Shown here piece by piece: positions 1 to 13,289 of a stretch of 64,000 bases of DNA. This DNA comes from Octopus sinensis (taxonomy: Eukaryota), in the NCBI RefSeq assembly GCF_006345805.1, contig NC_043004.1, positions 29,574,001 through 29,638,000 of the forward strand, given 5' to 3'. Under the pieces are notes generated by a model. It did no database searches. It saw only the letters and a program-made list of their open reading frames with translations, and was not told the origin of the DNA. Numbering within the stretch: the first letter of the stretch is position 1; each line of letters begins with the position of its first letter. The translations under genes and the position numbers were made by a program.

Positions 1-998
1 ACTTGCTACAGTTGAGGAAGACACTAGCTATATCAGCAGTCTAAAAGTGGGCAGCTGACTTTAGAAAAGGAGTCTTGAAGATCAGCCAAGGACTGGACCT
101 CCTGCAACTGCAACCACTAAAGAAAACATTAACTGTGATCATCACTTGGTGATGCATGACAGGTGATTGACGATAAATCAAACAGCCAATGCTATTACAT
201 ACAAGAGAGTTGGGAATATTCTGCACAATGAACTTGTCAGAAAGAAGGTTTCTGCTTGGTGGGTGACACATCTGACACACATTCAGAAGTGCACCAGGCT
301 GATCACATCATGGGAAAATCTGACATTGTTTCAGGCAGATCCATCTGGTTTCTTTGAATGATTTCTAACTCAAAATGAGTGTTGGGTTCATCACTTTGAG
401 CCAGAGAAAAAGGGACAGCCATGCAGTGGAAACACCTCTCCTCACCAGCCAAATTTGTTTCATTTGCAGGGTGCATGATGACTTAGTATTTTGGGGATTC
501 AAAAGGCATTATGTTTATTGACTATCTTCAAAAGGGCCACACAATCAATAGAGTGTACTATGCCAAATTGCTGAGGCAGTTCCAAAAAGCTATCAAGACC
601 AAACACCCAGGAAAACTGACGAAAAGGGTCTTGTTTCATCAGGACAATACTCCAGCACACACAAGTCCTTGGTTTCAATGACTGCTGTGTATGACTGTGG
701 TTTTGAACTGGTTGATCACCCTCCCTATTCCCTTGATTAGGCTCCATCTGACTATCATTTGTTCCTCAACATGAAAAAACACTTAGCTGGGAACCAGTAT
801 TGCAGTAATGATAATATCGTATCTATTAACTTTTTAGGCCAACAGGATGAGACCTTCTTCACAAATGGGATCCAATCACTGCAACACTGATGGAAGAAAT
901 ACGTGGAGTGCAAGGGGCCCAATGTTGCAAAATAAACCTCATTTGGTCACATTCCATGAGTATTATGGTCACCCTATGAATTTTTCAGCCAACCTCTT
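1..998 (+). mobile_element. Decayed mariner (Tc1/mariner, D,D34D-type) DNA transposon, truncated by the window start
   Basis: Translated remnants: HNELVRKKVSAWWVTHL (WVPxxL region), TQNECWVHHFEPE, FWGFKRHYVY/IDYLQKGHTIN, VLFHQDNTPAH, YSxD*APSDYHLF, GIQSLQH*WKKYVECKG. Frameshifts and stops are present. The 3' TIR-like end gaatttttcagccaacctc-tta lies at ~978-999. Confidence 0.93.
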
Positions 999-1724
999 AA
1001 ACTACTTTAATTAAAAATAACACAACATGAAGGGCATCAGGCCATAGAATACTGACTCAATAAGTCTCATCCAACCCTTGCTAGTATAGAAAAAGTTGAT
1101 CTAAAAACTACCATATTGATACAGACATACACATAATATGCACAATAGACATGAATATATAAAAAGAAAAAATACATATATACATTTGTGAGTGCATCAT
1201 GCAAGTGTTTATGGTCTAAAACCTACTCTAGTTTATTCTAAGTCCTTTACTCTCCCAAAATTTAACACTATGACAATAAGTATCAAATAGGAGTCAATAC
1301 AACTGAGCAGGCCCTTGAAGATAATTACAATCAACTAAATCAAACCAATTAGAAGAATAACAATACAGAAACAATATGCACAAAAATAATGTTCAAACAG
1401 AATTCTAATATAAGCTGCTGTAGCAATGAAAAAAAATTGTCTAGTAGCAGCCATGTTAGCAAGGGAAATGAAATACAAAACCAACAGATTTTACAATCAT
1501 TTCAAATATTCAGAATTACACGAGAGTCTAATGGCATAGAAAGAAGACTATTCACAAATAGGTGTCTGTTGAACTTAGTTAAATTCCTTTTAGACACAAA
1601 ACATTTAATTACATTGTAACAGTTTACTTGTCCAGCCAAGTTCCCAACTGCAAATAGTAACTCAGGGTAATAATAGGCATGTTCTAATAGAATAGCTGAC
1701 AACCGCTTCCAACAGTTCCATTAC

Positions 1725-1748
1725 CTAAGACTTTGCAGAATATTTGTT
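1725..1748 (-). CDS. Candidate 24-nt internal micro-exon of the minus-strand gene starting at 9334 (EQIFCKVLG if phase 1)
   Basis: Minus strand gagtctcttattttag|AACAAATATTCTGCAAAGTCTTAG|gtaatg has a good acceptor and donor and is phase-compatible with the MAEE-G exon. No homology support. Confidence 0.27.
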   Translation of the reverse strand, partial: NKYSAKS

Positions 1749-2189
1749 CTAAAATAAGAGACTCATCTTACTGTAATGTTGACAACTCAAAATAGAAATA
1801 AAACAGACATATATATTTCACCAGTACAACTTTATATTTGAAGTTGTAAGTACAATATACAAACATTCAAATATCAAATACACTTAAAACCCAAGAAATT
1901 TAAATACTAATTATTTTCAAAATAAACAAGGACCTTCATGAAAAAGAAATTGAATAGTCGGAATTTAAAGAAATGTTAAACTAGAACTCAATAAATCACT
2001 TTCTAAATAGTTTGCAAAATAGCTACATTACACCCGATTGTTTTACAAAGTCAGATCTGAAAAGTAGAATCCATTATTCTTCTAAGTCCTTCTAAACAAG
2101 AGACAGAGGCAACTGCACATGTTAAAACATTAAATCAGACTGTTTGTGTAAGTTAATGATTAAGAGGAAACTGAGCAGGATGGGACTTC

Positions 2190-3230
2190 AAATGGATATG
2201 GCTGTCGGAAGAAAGGATTGAGTAAAAAGTTTAACATTAAATTCTGAAGGAATATGACATAAATGTTGCATTTTTGGTTTGACGTACAGGAAAGGGTTGT
2301 GGCTACAGCCTTTGTAGGCTCTCTCTAACATTTTTCCTTTTGAACAGTTGCAAGACAATGGCTGTAGGAAAAAGATGCAGGAAAGGAATTCCAGAGAGCT
2401 GACATTCTAGACAGGAAGGACTGGGTATAATGGTTTGTCCTCAGGAGTGTCTGAATAGAAGTTGCACAAGACCAGCCATCTCTAAGCAGCATGTGTCTCT
2501 ATAGTAGTTGTTGAAAAAGTAGAGAGAAGACAGCATATCTGTGGGCCAGATGTTGGCACATTCAATAAACTAGAGTAGTAAACACAATAACTGTAGAAGA
2601 GAAAAGACACTATTGGAAAGAAAAACAAGTAGAATTATTAAATAAAGGCCTTAGCATTCTAGATTTACCTAGACAAGTGCATATACACAACCACCATCGA
2701 TACTTGAACAATAACACTAAATATGGATAGAAGCATCAACAACTATTCGTGGTTAAAAAAGTTTTCTCACTTTACAGAACAAGACCAAGCTTTTGCAATG
2801 TGTTAGCCATGTGTGATAAGTGCTTACACCAAAAAAGAGCAGATATTGTAAGGCTTGGCTATAGTTGAACATGTGGTGTTAACCATGTTGGTAATTAGTG
2901 AATATAACATACCTTTTCGCAACCATATATTTCTAAAAAAACAAATCAGTTTACATTTCAAGTAAATTTTAAAATATTGAAGTATCTAGAGCAATTTAGC
3001 AAACTGTATTAATTGGTATATGAAACTGGTGTTTGGGACACAGTGGAAAGTTCTTGCATTAAATTATGGGGGGGTTATAATATATGAACACTTCTTGTAT
3101 TACTACAGAAGGATCATTAGAACAGATCTGAGATACTAGCTTTAACGTGAAGTTGGTAAGGGCTAGAGGAGGAGGAGTGAATAAAGTAGCTACATTTAAT
3201 AACCTAGTGAATGTGCAGGAATATTAATAT
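2190..3230 (-). mobile_element. CR1/L2-like LINE remnant (3' part of ORF2)
   Basis: Minus translation near 2380-2440 gives TNHYTQSFLSRMSALWNSF, the typical CR1/L2 C-terminal SFxxRxxxxWNxLP motif. The rest is degenerate. Confidence 0.7.
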
Positions 3231-3559
3231 TTCATGCTTATCACTCATAGAATAAAATGATGGTGACGCTGGCATTCCTTGTTGATATTATGCATTCAAG
3301 ATCTCTAAAATTAAAAAAAATTCCTTTACACAAAAACAATTGAGGACTGGCAAAAGGAAGTGCGTCCAGTTAAAAATCCTGCTTCAAGGTAGCATGGAAA
3401 GGTAGATATTAAACAAGTGATCTTTAAAACAATCTTTGTATCAAAAAACTGGACAGCCTTGTAAGAAAAGAGTGAAGGGGTTTTTACATCCTTAATCATT
3501 TAGCTATGCTCACTCATCTCTAAAGACAGCTCTTCTTGATTCAAATAGAGCCAGACTAT

Positions 3560-3920
3560 CCGTCTCATTTCTTAAATGTTGATACTACAATGCTACTAAC
3601 AATATCACCCTACCTCTGCATAATTTGAACAGTCTTACAACAATGCTTCTTGACACAATATTAACTAACCTATCACCTAATAACCTCAGCTGCTTGTTTG
3701 CAATCCTAAACCCATCTTCTTGTCACCTTATCCCCTATCACAATGCTTACTATGCAACTTGGCAGGCCCTCCTCCACAACTGGTCAGTACAAGGCAACAT
3801 ATCACTTCAGCATTACAATTCTCTAGGGATTTATTGTGAACATATTTCACAACTGATCATATATTTTGTCACAAACTTCAATTTCCTTAACATGCTATGG
3901 TTAAAAGCATGTTAACATTT
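3560..3920 (+). mobile_element. CR1/L2-like LINE remnant (end of APE endonuclease)
   Basis: Translation LLDTILTN...SSCHLI...PYHNAYY.TWQ resembles the LDLFLT...SDHxLI...WxY order of LINE APE C-termini. Confidence 0.5.
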
Positions 3921-5019
3921 TCTTTCTTAAAAGAAAGAAAATGTAAACCAGAGATTTAACACTGAATTTTAGATGATAGGTTATACTGTAGAAGAGTTCT
4001 ATCACCAGAAACTGGGAAAATAAATTACAAATATTAGCTGAGTTTGGTTTTCAAACAACATTTTAATGTACAAAGAACAATTCACTAAGCACTGATACAC
4101 TATTCCAAAACTAGTGAGCTGATGTAGCTATGGTCAACTTAAACACCAAAGGTCAATGTTTCATGTAAAATGAGAAGAAAGTGGTTCTAAAGGATTGCAA
4201 AATATTGTTTATAATGTGAGTAGGGGACATTAAGGATACAATAAAGAGAAAAGCAGACAGATTTGCTAGATGTAGTAGAGGAAAAGTATATTAATAAAAA
4301 CAAAAACAAATTAACAGAAAGAAAGAGTGATTACTGTATTGACTACTGACTAGATGACCATTTTGTTTAACATTGTTCCTTACTGTATTTCTGATGAAAT
4401 ACACTGCCTTCATTTCAATTAATTTTAATAATGAAGAATTTAGTTTGACATATAAATCAATATGAAATTTTGAAGGAAGATTTTAATTTAGATCATTTTA
4501 AAGCAGGTAGTTTGTATCATAAAACCAGGCAGGTAGGTTGCAAAAGGGTAAAATCAGTGCAAAATGTGTGCAACAACTACACCCCTAATATACAAGCAAC
4601 TTGTAGAGGTAAGAAAATGTTAAAAGATGAGGGGAAACCCAACCTCAGGAATTCACTATAGGAATTGTGTACAGTAGATGTGAACAAAAAAAATGAAGTT
4701 AAATAAAATTTATGGAAAATAAAGGGTGTATTTTCTTATCCCAGACATCAACCTTTTCTTTCTTGAAATACAATCATTTCATACCAACTTCTAATGCTAT
4801 TTCATTTAGTTCTTATCACATGCTTTTATTGCCCAAACTGTAAGTTCTATGTTGGCATAGTTTGAACATTTTATTCAGCAGAGGGCTTTATCTTTTAACA
4901 ATATTGGCTTAATATATATCAATCACACCATGAACTGACATGTTTCCAATCTGTAGTATACTTTAAAATATGCTACTTTTCACAATAGATTACCTTTATT
5001 GTAGCTTAGAAGAGTTACA

Positions 5020-5560
5020 TCAACTTTACAAAGGAGTATGCAAGTAAAGAAACCTAAGCAGAAATAGACACTGATAAAAAATATGGAGAAAAATAAGGTA
5101 AAATATAGCACAGGAAAGGGAACAGAAGGAGTAAAGGAGAGTTAAGAATTTGCACAAGAGTAACTCAGACTGAGTGACAGGAGATTGTAGTGACAGAGGA
5201 TGATGTACAAGCAAAAGTAAATATTTGGTCATTGCAAAAAAGAGAATAAGACCTAAATGATCAGTTTCTTGCACTGTAACAAGATACCATCCATTCATAA
5301 TATGGTATCAGTTAAGTAACCTTATAGATAATTAGTAAGTAGGCAAGAGATGGCAATGTCAACCATGTAAAAAGATAAAGATAGAATGAAAAGTAAAAAC
5401 AGTGGTGATAGATTTCCAAATACAAGCAGAATAAATCCAACTTTTAAAAAGCCAACTTCAAGTTTTAAGTCCCTCACTGATTGACAAAACAGAATTGAAA
5501 ACCTACCATGCTTGAGAAGACCCATCAAGCCAAGTGAAATCATAGTCATGGCAGATATTA
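5020..5560 (-). mobile_element. Probable old LINE remnant (same compositional class as 2190-3230)
   Basis: Purine-rich plus strand with degenerate open frames on minus. No clean motif. Confidence 0.35.
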
Positions 5561-5740
5561 GTGTTGTGCCAATGGCATGTAAAAACACCCATTACACTCA
5601 GAGTGGTTGGCATTAGGAAGGGCATCTAGCCATAGAAGCCATGCCAATTCAGACTAGAGTCTGGTGCAGTCCCTCAGCTCATCAAGCCCTGGTCAAACTG
5701 TCCAACCCATGACAGTGGACGTTAAATGATAATGATGAAT
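5560..5740 (+). mobile_element. RTE-3'UTR-type repeat (tail fragment)
   Basis: gagtggttggcattaggaagggcatc...gtccaacccatg...gacgttaaatgataatgatga shared with many copies in the window. Confidence 0.8.
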
Positions 5741-8700
5741 AGCGACAAAAACAAGATATTGTTGCATCACTAAAACACAATGTTGTGGCTGTCTCAATTG
5801 AAACATGCATTCTATTCTGTTAACAGGAAAACGTAAGCGTCAAAGGCAATCTACTAACTATGCCAACCTAACAGGAAGGCTATCATCACAGAAAAACCTG
5901 AACTTTCTAAAATATCCAATTTATATCCTTATTAATATGCTGGCCTGTTCTTTTTGAAAGGTTCTAATAAAAAGAAAGAACAAAAATGGGAGGATGTGTA
6001 AATTCAATAGAAATGATACAATTTTTTTTCTTGTCTTAAATTTACCAATGTGACTAGTTTTGACAGATAATCAGGAGTATAATCAAACAAAAATACAAAT
6101 GTTTTAGACTAATTGATAAGATAGTTATAAGTCCAAAAGTCAGGACAGTAAAGATTAAAGCTCATTGTCTTCATTGAGTTAAAATTCAAACACACTTTTA
6201 AAGTATTAAACTTCAAAAATGAACAAACTGTTAACAATTGTAGATTTAAGCCTTTTATTTCACAACTATTACAATTTAGCATATTACAATTTACTATGTT
6301 CTATTTCAGTAGGGCTTTCCTGAAAATGTAGATTTTTTTACATTAGTGCTAGGAATAATGGCATAACAAGGTATAACATGCTCTAACCATGTAAGAAGTA
6401 AAAACTATTTTCCAGTTAAGCAGACACAATTAAGGATCAATGTGAGTAGAGTACAACTTTCTTCCATTAGGGAAGGAGACCAATTATACTTTATTTTTAG
6501 GATAACAGTGAAATGTTCAAAGTTAACTGTTGTACCATAAAACTCTAAGTAGAAAAAAGTTATTTTTCAAAGTTAAGGTGACATATAACACATGTTATTC
6601 ATGCCTTTACCATCAAATGTGGGTTGCTTGGATTTGCATGACTGCACCCACCTCTATCTTCCACTGCATGTGATAGTTTCACTCAGTATATTCATAAAAT
6701 ACAAAGTACTATAAAGTTTTTGAGACAATATAGGCCTCAAAATTTTGATGCATTTTACATGAAAATTTTTTAAAAAGGTAAAGGTGCAATAAGTATATTC
6801 CAGGACAAAGGACTGAAAAAAATACTTGGGACGAAGTCTAAGGGATCTTCGGTGCAACAAATCAAACAGTACAATATATTTAACATATAACAGCTTTGTA
6901 AGTTACAGTAACAATACACCATAGTTATTTTCTCACACTGGCCAGTAAATAACTGATGCCTAACATCTTATTGGTATTTCAATACACAAGAAAGATGTGC
7001 AGCAATGTTAACCCAGGTAGCAATTGAAGTCAGGTTATAATGGGATGTAAGCACCCTTGTTTTCTGCCATATTAATTATAATTCACACTAGTATCTATCT
7101 GGCCACAACTTTGTAAGAAAGGATATTGTAACAGAATTGATTCCAACAGATACCTGGATAATGAAAAATGGTGAAAACAGCCCCATGTGATTTGAAATTA
7201 TGTGATGAAATTATTCTAACACAGTAGAGTCCTATCTCAGCCATTCACCTTTAACCATTCCAAAGTAATTGAAATAGCATGTTGAAAACAATATGCCAAA
7301 TTCTAACCATTATTGAAACAGCAAAAAGAAAAAAAGTTGCTGGCAGTTTCTAAAAATTGTACAAGTTGCCAGCAAGTTAGGATATTTTCAGTTAGTAACG
7401 GGAAGTTTCACAGATATACTTAAAACATCAGTTTCATTCATTAACTACAAATATTTCGATTAATTAATCTTACATATGGAGGATGGGTTTAGCATTATTC
7501 TATGAACTGCGTGCATAGAAATACTGAAATATTCAGATTTTACCAAGAGCAAAAACCATGCATTTTAACAAATATAAAAATTCTAGACACATATCAGCTA
7601 GCAAGAGAACGAAACATTTCCAACAATAATTTTCTACCTCAGCTGCTTAAAATAGCAAATACATGTTCGCATATATACGTTACACAGTTTTCCCGTTTAT
7701 CAGTAGTACCTGCCAGGTCATACTAGTTTGATATTATAACCCATATAACAAGGAATTTATATATTATAAACTTATGGCTAGAATCAAAATTTAGTACCCA
7801 GCGAATAATTATTTTCAGATTTGTATGTGCTTAGAAAGAGTCATGTTTTATCCTCCGATTAAAAAATAAAAGGTTTCTCATGTACAAAGCTAAAAATTTA
7901 CGAAGGGGTGAAATAGTGTCAACTGAATCAACAACCTTCGAGGCACGAAAGGCGAAATAAAGTTTTGTTACTGAGTGAAGTGCCAACCACCCCCACCCCC
8001 CGGGTTTGAAATTACCATTAAAACTTACAAAAAAAAAAAAAAGAAAACTAACGCAATTAATACCCAAAAACACCACGTAACGATTTATGCAAGCAATCGA
8101 AATACACAAAATGACATTGATTTCACATTTAGAAACCAGACATTACTACATCCCACGCAATGAACGGAGAAACATTCACGGACTTGGTTAAATTTAAATT
8201 AAAGAATTAAGTATTTTGGCGCATTAAAATTGGAGTAGAACTAGAACCTTTAATTAAAAATATAAGCTTGTAAATTAAGGTTTTATAAAAAGGTGATTGT
8301 GAACTGACGAGGGTATGTCTGGCGCACTGTCACTTGAGAACAAACTTGATCTTTGACGTACATTTGTCAAATGAAAAATAATTATTCCAAAAAAGTAATT
8401 AGGAGTCATTATTAACTCAGTAGAAATACGAGTTTCAAAGAGCTGCAGTTTTTTTTTTCATGTTCTCAGTAGATTTATTGATGTGAAAACAGAAAGGTGG
8501 ACCTTTCTACCCCACTTTTGGAAGAAAATACACAGTATCTACAGTAAAGAATATATGGGTATACATTATTTTCTTTTATTGGTTTCAAGCATTGGACTGC
8601 AACCATGCTGGGGCACCACCTTTATATGTTTAACAGAGCATAGTACTTATTTCATCGATCTCTATATATATATATATAGAGAACCACTAGTTTACGGGAT

Positions 8701-9321
8701 ACGAAGAGGAACGTAACACCGAATTTTAAATCAGTGTAAACATAAACAGATATGAGTAGAGAGAGCTGCGCACGAGCGTGCACGCAGTGGGCTTCTGTGC
8801 ACTCTCTGTACAAATTCTATTCACAAAGTATTAGTAAACCCAAGGCTATAGGAAAAGACCTGTGCCCAAGATGCCAGGCAGTAGGATCGAACCCAGAACT
8901 TTATGGTTGGGAAGTGAAATTCTTAACCACACAGCCATGTCTGCGCCTTACATGTATTTTTTAACATTAGAATCGATTAAATTTTTGAAGTTCATTTAAC
9001 GACGTGTAACAACAATGGAAGCATCACTTATAATACAGCATACTGAGAGGGTTTGTAATTGAGAGGGCTTAGAATAAGAGAAAACACAATTACGAATGAG
9101 TGGTGAGAAGTCTGATCAATAAACATGAAACGAAGAAGTTCAACAGCAGCGAAAAATGGTGATCCGGAGAAGTTGTTGGGACTGACAAGAAGAAATATGG
9201 AATCACTTATTTCAGTAAATGGTATAATGAAAGAGTATAGTTGTATTATTGAGAAAGATATTTTGTTTTAAGTTGTAAAGCTGTTTGAAATGAAATATTG
9301 AGAGAGCTGAGAAAGACCTAC

Positions 9322-9334
9322 CTTCTTCTGCCAT
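9322..9334 (-). CDS. First coding exon of an unidentified host gene (MAEE-G, phase-1 donor)
   Basis: Minus strand ctgaacATGGCAGAAGAAG|gtaggt: A at -3, G at +4, strong donor. It lies ~85 nt downstream of an ETS motif, at the edge of a CpG-retaining block with CpG-depleted sequence to the left. Confidence 0.6.
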
Positions 9335-9389
9335 GTTCAGCTCAGTCTACAAGGCAACAACAGCAGCAGTAAACACCCGACCTTGACCA

Positions 9390-9480
9390 GAAGGGCAAAG
9401 AACGTAGAAATACGTAACTTCCGATCATGTGATGAGACAAGTAACAAACCGGTTCGAAGAGAAAACTACGGAAGACAAAA
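9390..9480 (-). promoter_or_regulatory. Housekeeping-type promoter (ETS CGGAAGT, M-box/CLEAR-like TCATGTGA, pyrimidine-rich initiator candidate)
   Basis: acttccg at 9417-9423, tcatgtga at 9425-9432, locally high CpG, and minus-strand ttctttgcccttct upstream of the ATG exon. Confidence 0.55.
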
Positions 9481-9739
9481 AGAGATACAATTTTTAAAAC
9501 CCACGTCGCTGGCAAACATTCAGATATTCTTTAAAAATAGATTTTCGGGGGGTGGGATTAGATCTTATAATCTATGATTCATTAAATTATGAAAGCCTAA
9601 TACCATAAAGAAAAAACGTTTTAAAATAAATTTCTTTTTCTTTAGAATATATAATAAATTATATTTTACTTTTATTTTATTGTTATCCAAGTGGGTTTAT
9701 ATCTAAAATTAACCAATACTGATTTCAAATTTCGGTCAA

Positions 9740-9915
9740 AGGCTAGCAATTTCGCGGGAGAGAATAAGTCAATTACATCGACCCAGCATTCAACAGGTAT
9801 TTATTTTATCGACCCTAAAAGGATGAAAGGCAAGGTCGACCTGGGCGGAATTTGAACTCTGAACGAAATGCCGCTATAAGCATTTTGCCCGGCGTGCTAT
9901 CGATTTTGCCAGCTG
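9740..9915 (-). mobile_element. SINE family S1 (gagttcaaattccgcc.aggtcgacc/tttgcctttcatcc)
   Basis: aaggatgaaaggcaaggtcgacctgggcggaatttgaactc. Further copies at ~13600-13690, 18040-18660 (three), 18770-18850, 28091-28320, 31455-31650, 45370-45510 and 58270-58400. Confidence 0.85.
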
Positions 9916-10774
9916 TTGTTTGTTGATAGTGAAGTATTCGTGGATGGAGTCAGAAAACTGTAGCTTTGTTCTGGCGGAACCAACCTCTTGTGTTATCCCT
10001 CTAGGATCGATAAACTTCAGCATGTGTGAAGTACTGGATTGTTGTAACGACTTCTCCCACTCCCCTCAATATTATTGATAACATCTGAATAAAATAGGAC
10101 TTTTGGTGTGTTATTTGTTTTAATCCATTCACTCCATTGACAATTTCTTTCCAGCCTCGATTATCAAACGGAACTTTTCCGCTTATATCACGAATGCTCT
10201 TAAGAAACGTGTGTCTAACATATCCACACACAGAGATCCGAGACTGCACCCAGGAAAAAGCCACTCAACTGATTGGCATTAAATCAAATAGACACTCTAC
10301 AGCTCCCAAGCCTACAGAAGTGCTGTTTCTGTTTTCTATTGCTAATATAATGGCATCTTTTCCATGGAACTGGTTGGGCTTGTACCCCCCTCTGGCCCAC
10401 TCATTTCGCCACCTCTCGTCACTCTGTTTGCATCCACTCCACTAGCATCGCGCTAAGCACTGTACCTTGTCCTGGTTTACGAGAACATCAACAGTCTGAA
10501 ATCTCCAGCCGATGTCATACTTACAGGTGTTGACCTGCAAACGGTATCGAGCTCAACCGTCTCGGAGTACCTACAGAGACCGTGGGTTCTGCCCGTTCAT
10601 CGTTTTTCTATCTGTTATGAATTTGAGGTCATATTATCTACATCTTTATTTGTTAATCATATGAAGGATAGATCCCTTGTCATATAAGATCTTCTTGGAG
10701 GCATAACATGATGAAGTATCATTAATCCAATTACTGTTTGCAATGAAAGCTTGCTAAATTTTTTTTTTTTTTCA

Positions 10775-11145
10775 TACGTAAAAAGCACTATCCGAATTGT
10801 GGCCGATGCCAGCGCCGCCTCGACTGGCTTCCGTGTCGGTGGCACGTAAAAAGCACCATCCGAATCGTGGTCGAAGCCAGTGCAACCTAGACTGGCTTCC
10901 GTGCAGATGGCACGTAAAATGCACCAATCCGACCGTGGCCGATGCCAGCCTCGCCTGGCACCAGTGCAGGTGGCACGTAAAAAGCACCCACTACACTCAC
11001 GGAGTGGTTGGCGTTAGGAAGGGCATCCAGCTGTAGAAACATTGCCAGATAAGGCCGGAGCCTGGTGCAGCCTTCTGGCTTCCCAGATCCCCGGTCGAAC
11101 CGTCCAACCCATGCTAGCATGGAGAACGGACGTTAAACGATGATA
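10775..11145 (+). mobile_element. Young RTE-3'UTR-type repeat with three ~60-bp tandem units and an (ATG)n tail
   Basis: Three units ending ggcacgtaaaaagcacc, then cactacactcacggagtggttggcgttaggaagggcatccagctg...gacgttaaacgatgat. Highly similar to 34265-34590, CpGs intact. Confidence 0.88.
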
Positions 11146-11939
11146 TCAAAAGCCAGGTGTAATTCAGAAAGTAGACAACGGAATGCTTGTTTTCAAGCAG
11201 TCTGTAGTGTGATTTCGCAAAAGAAGCTGGACTTTTCAAATGTAAATTTAGCTTTTATTTGAGCCGTCTGAGGTCATCGGACAAATCATTGCACTGGGGG
11301 CCCCCACATGACAACCACAACATTACAAGGATTAGTGTTAGGCCCCCTAGAACCGTAGGGCTTCTGTCCAGTGTGTCCAGAGTCCATGACTCGATTTCGA
11401 TTCCTTTATTAAATTCCTTACATTGATCGTTTTCTTTTCTCTTTTAAAATTCTATTGTTTCGGTAAGTTGTTTCATGGAGATCAACTATATTTTGCTTTA
11501 TACTTCCTATGTAATGGCGGGACCATTATGTGAGATTTTCTGAGGTACGATTATTGTATGTTGATAATAATGGTCGTCCAAACACTAGTTCTTTCTGACT
11601 AGTCTAAATACCTGTTATGTCTAGAATGGCCAAGGGTGATTAAGACCGAAAGTGGATGACGCTTATGATTAGTAGAGAGGAGGGTTTATAAAAGAATTTG
11701 GTTATTCGAGTTGACAGAGTAATCACCATCAGCTAAATCACGTAATAAGACTTGTTGCTCAATGTTTGTTTCTCGGAACTACATTTTACTGAGATTCTTT
11801 TTCAGCCAACATTCCCTTTCAACCACAAACATTTAAAGGTTCCGACTGAATATTTACCAAATTAATTTCCCCGACTGTCTTTGTCTTTAATATAAATGAG
11901 AATGGAAAGAAGATACTCTTCTGGCGATATTAACTAATG

Positions 11940-12176
11940 AGTAAGGGTAAAGACCCCCTTCGGTCATGAATGACCATGGGATTGCACCTAGAAAGTTACC
12001 CTCCTAGACACAAGTCCGGGCAAGGTTGTTTATGGAAGACCAGCAGTAGCCCATGCATACCAGCCTCCCTTCTCCACGCCACCAGTGTTATCCAAGGGAA
12101 AGACAAAGGTCGATACAGCTTGGCACCAGTGACGTCGCAACTCATTTCTACAGCTGAGTGAACTGGAGCAACGTGT
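11940..12176 (-). mobile_element. 5'-truncated SINE (family with ccagttcactcagctgtagaaatg domain)
   Basis: Shares the gactggagcaac end with the headed copy at ~61870-62100, where a tRNA-like head lies to the right on the minus strand. Confidence 0.6.
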
Positions 12177-13289
12177 TCGAACTTAAACGATTAAAAGAAT
12201 ACACGCATGTACGATTTCTCGTTTCATTCCGATGCAAGAACAGTTTTTACATAGGGTTACACAATATTTTATACAATTATATATTTCATAGTATAAAAAC
12301 AATTAATTGTTGAAGTATTATCAATTGCTTTGCTGTTTTTTGTTTGTTTGTTTGTTTGGTTTTTTTTTTAATTTAATGATGTTCGTATTTGTGCTAAGTA
12401 TTCTTTTATTCTTTTACTAGTTCTGATTTAAATTGTATATTCTCTTATTCTTTTGAGTTTAGAACCATAACGTAAAGGATTTACCTACCGTTTGACTAAA
12501 AGATGATTCTATATTATGAAATTAATGAAAATAAGAATATCAAAAAGATAGCAAGAGCAACAGAAATGAATGAAGTTTAAAAGTGGAATTACTTAAAATA
12601 TAAAAGTAGGTATATATTTGAGCATTGTGAAGAAAAAAACGCAAACATACGTGTGTGCATGATCTCCGTATAGTTATAGGTTATCCCTGGGTCAGCTGTT
12701 ATCAAATCGATTTCTAATTATAGCTATTCCCGCCGTGGTGGTTCCATCTTTCTATATATCCAACTATTTCAAACCAGTTCAACAACTGCGCCGCTCCAAG
12801 TGGTTCAGTAAAACGCTTGTCAATGGTGACGTAGAGGAGGAACACAAGAAAAACTCCAACTGATGGACATTGGAATGGATTCCGATAATGGAAGTGGTTG
12901 GAAAATGGTTAATTCCTGGCATAATCGGAACTATGTATGACTTCTGTTTATTTACAAATAATTATTTCTTTATTTACAGCTCATTCAAACTTCAATATCT
13001 AAAAAAAAAAACATAGTATTGAGAAAAATATTAAAAGATAACATCATACAATTCTTAAGTGACATTCCTGAACGACTTGTTGGTTAGCACCAGGTCAACG
13101 CTGATCAAATATATTCCAGACCTGACCATCTCATCTTTTTTTTTAATATTTTTTGGCAAGCCCTCGGTATTTATAGATGACATCATTCAGCCACACAACC
13201 TTCTCTCATGACATAAAGAGGCAAGACTGAAAAAGGACGCGAATGACGTCGAGTCCTCCTCATACCGGCATTCTGTATACCAATACTGA

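Noticed and set aside
7943-7985. gcac-GAAA...CTGAGTGA-a-gtgc as a type II hammerhead
   Set aside because: The core has an insertion and the 20 nt between the boxes cannot form stems III and I.
9322-9334. Naming the MAEEG gene RPS12 or a HINT-family gene
   Set aside because: Only 4-13 residues are available and no diagnostic exon was found in the window.
10780-10985. Tandem ~60-bp units resembling a CRISPR array
   Set aside because: The whole unit repeats with no unique spacers, there are no cas genes, and the units belong to a retroelement 3'UTR.
12863-13086. Two-exon mini-ORF (MDIGMDSDNGSGW...|LIQTSIS...)
   Set aside because: It needs a 45-nt intron, gives a short product with no recognisable domain, and has no promoter support.
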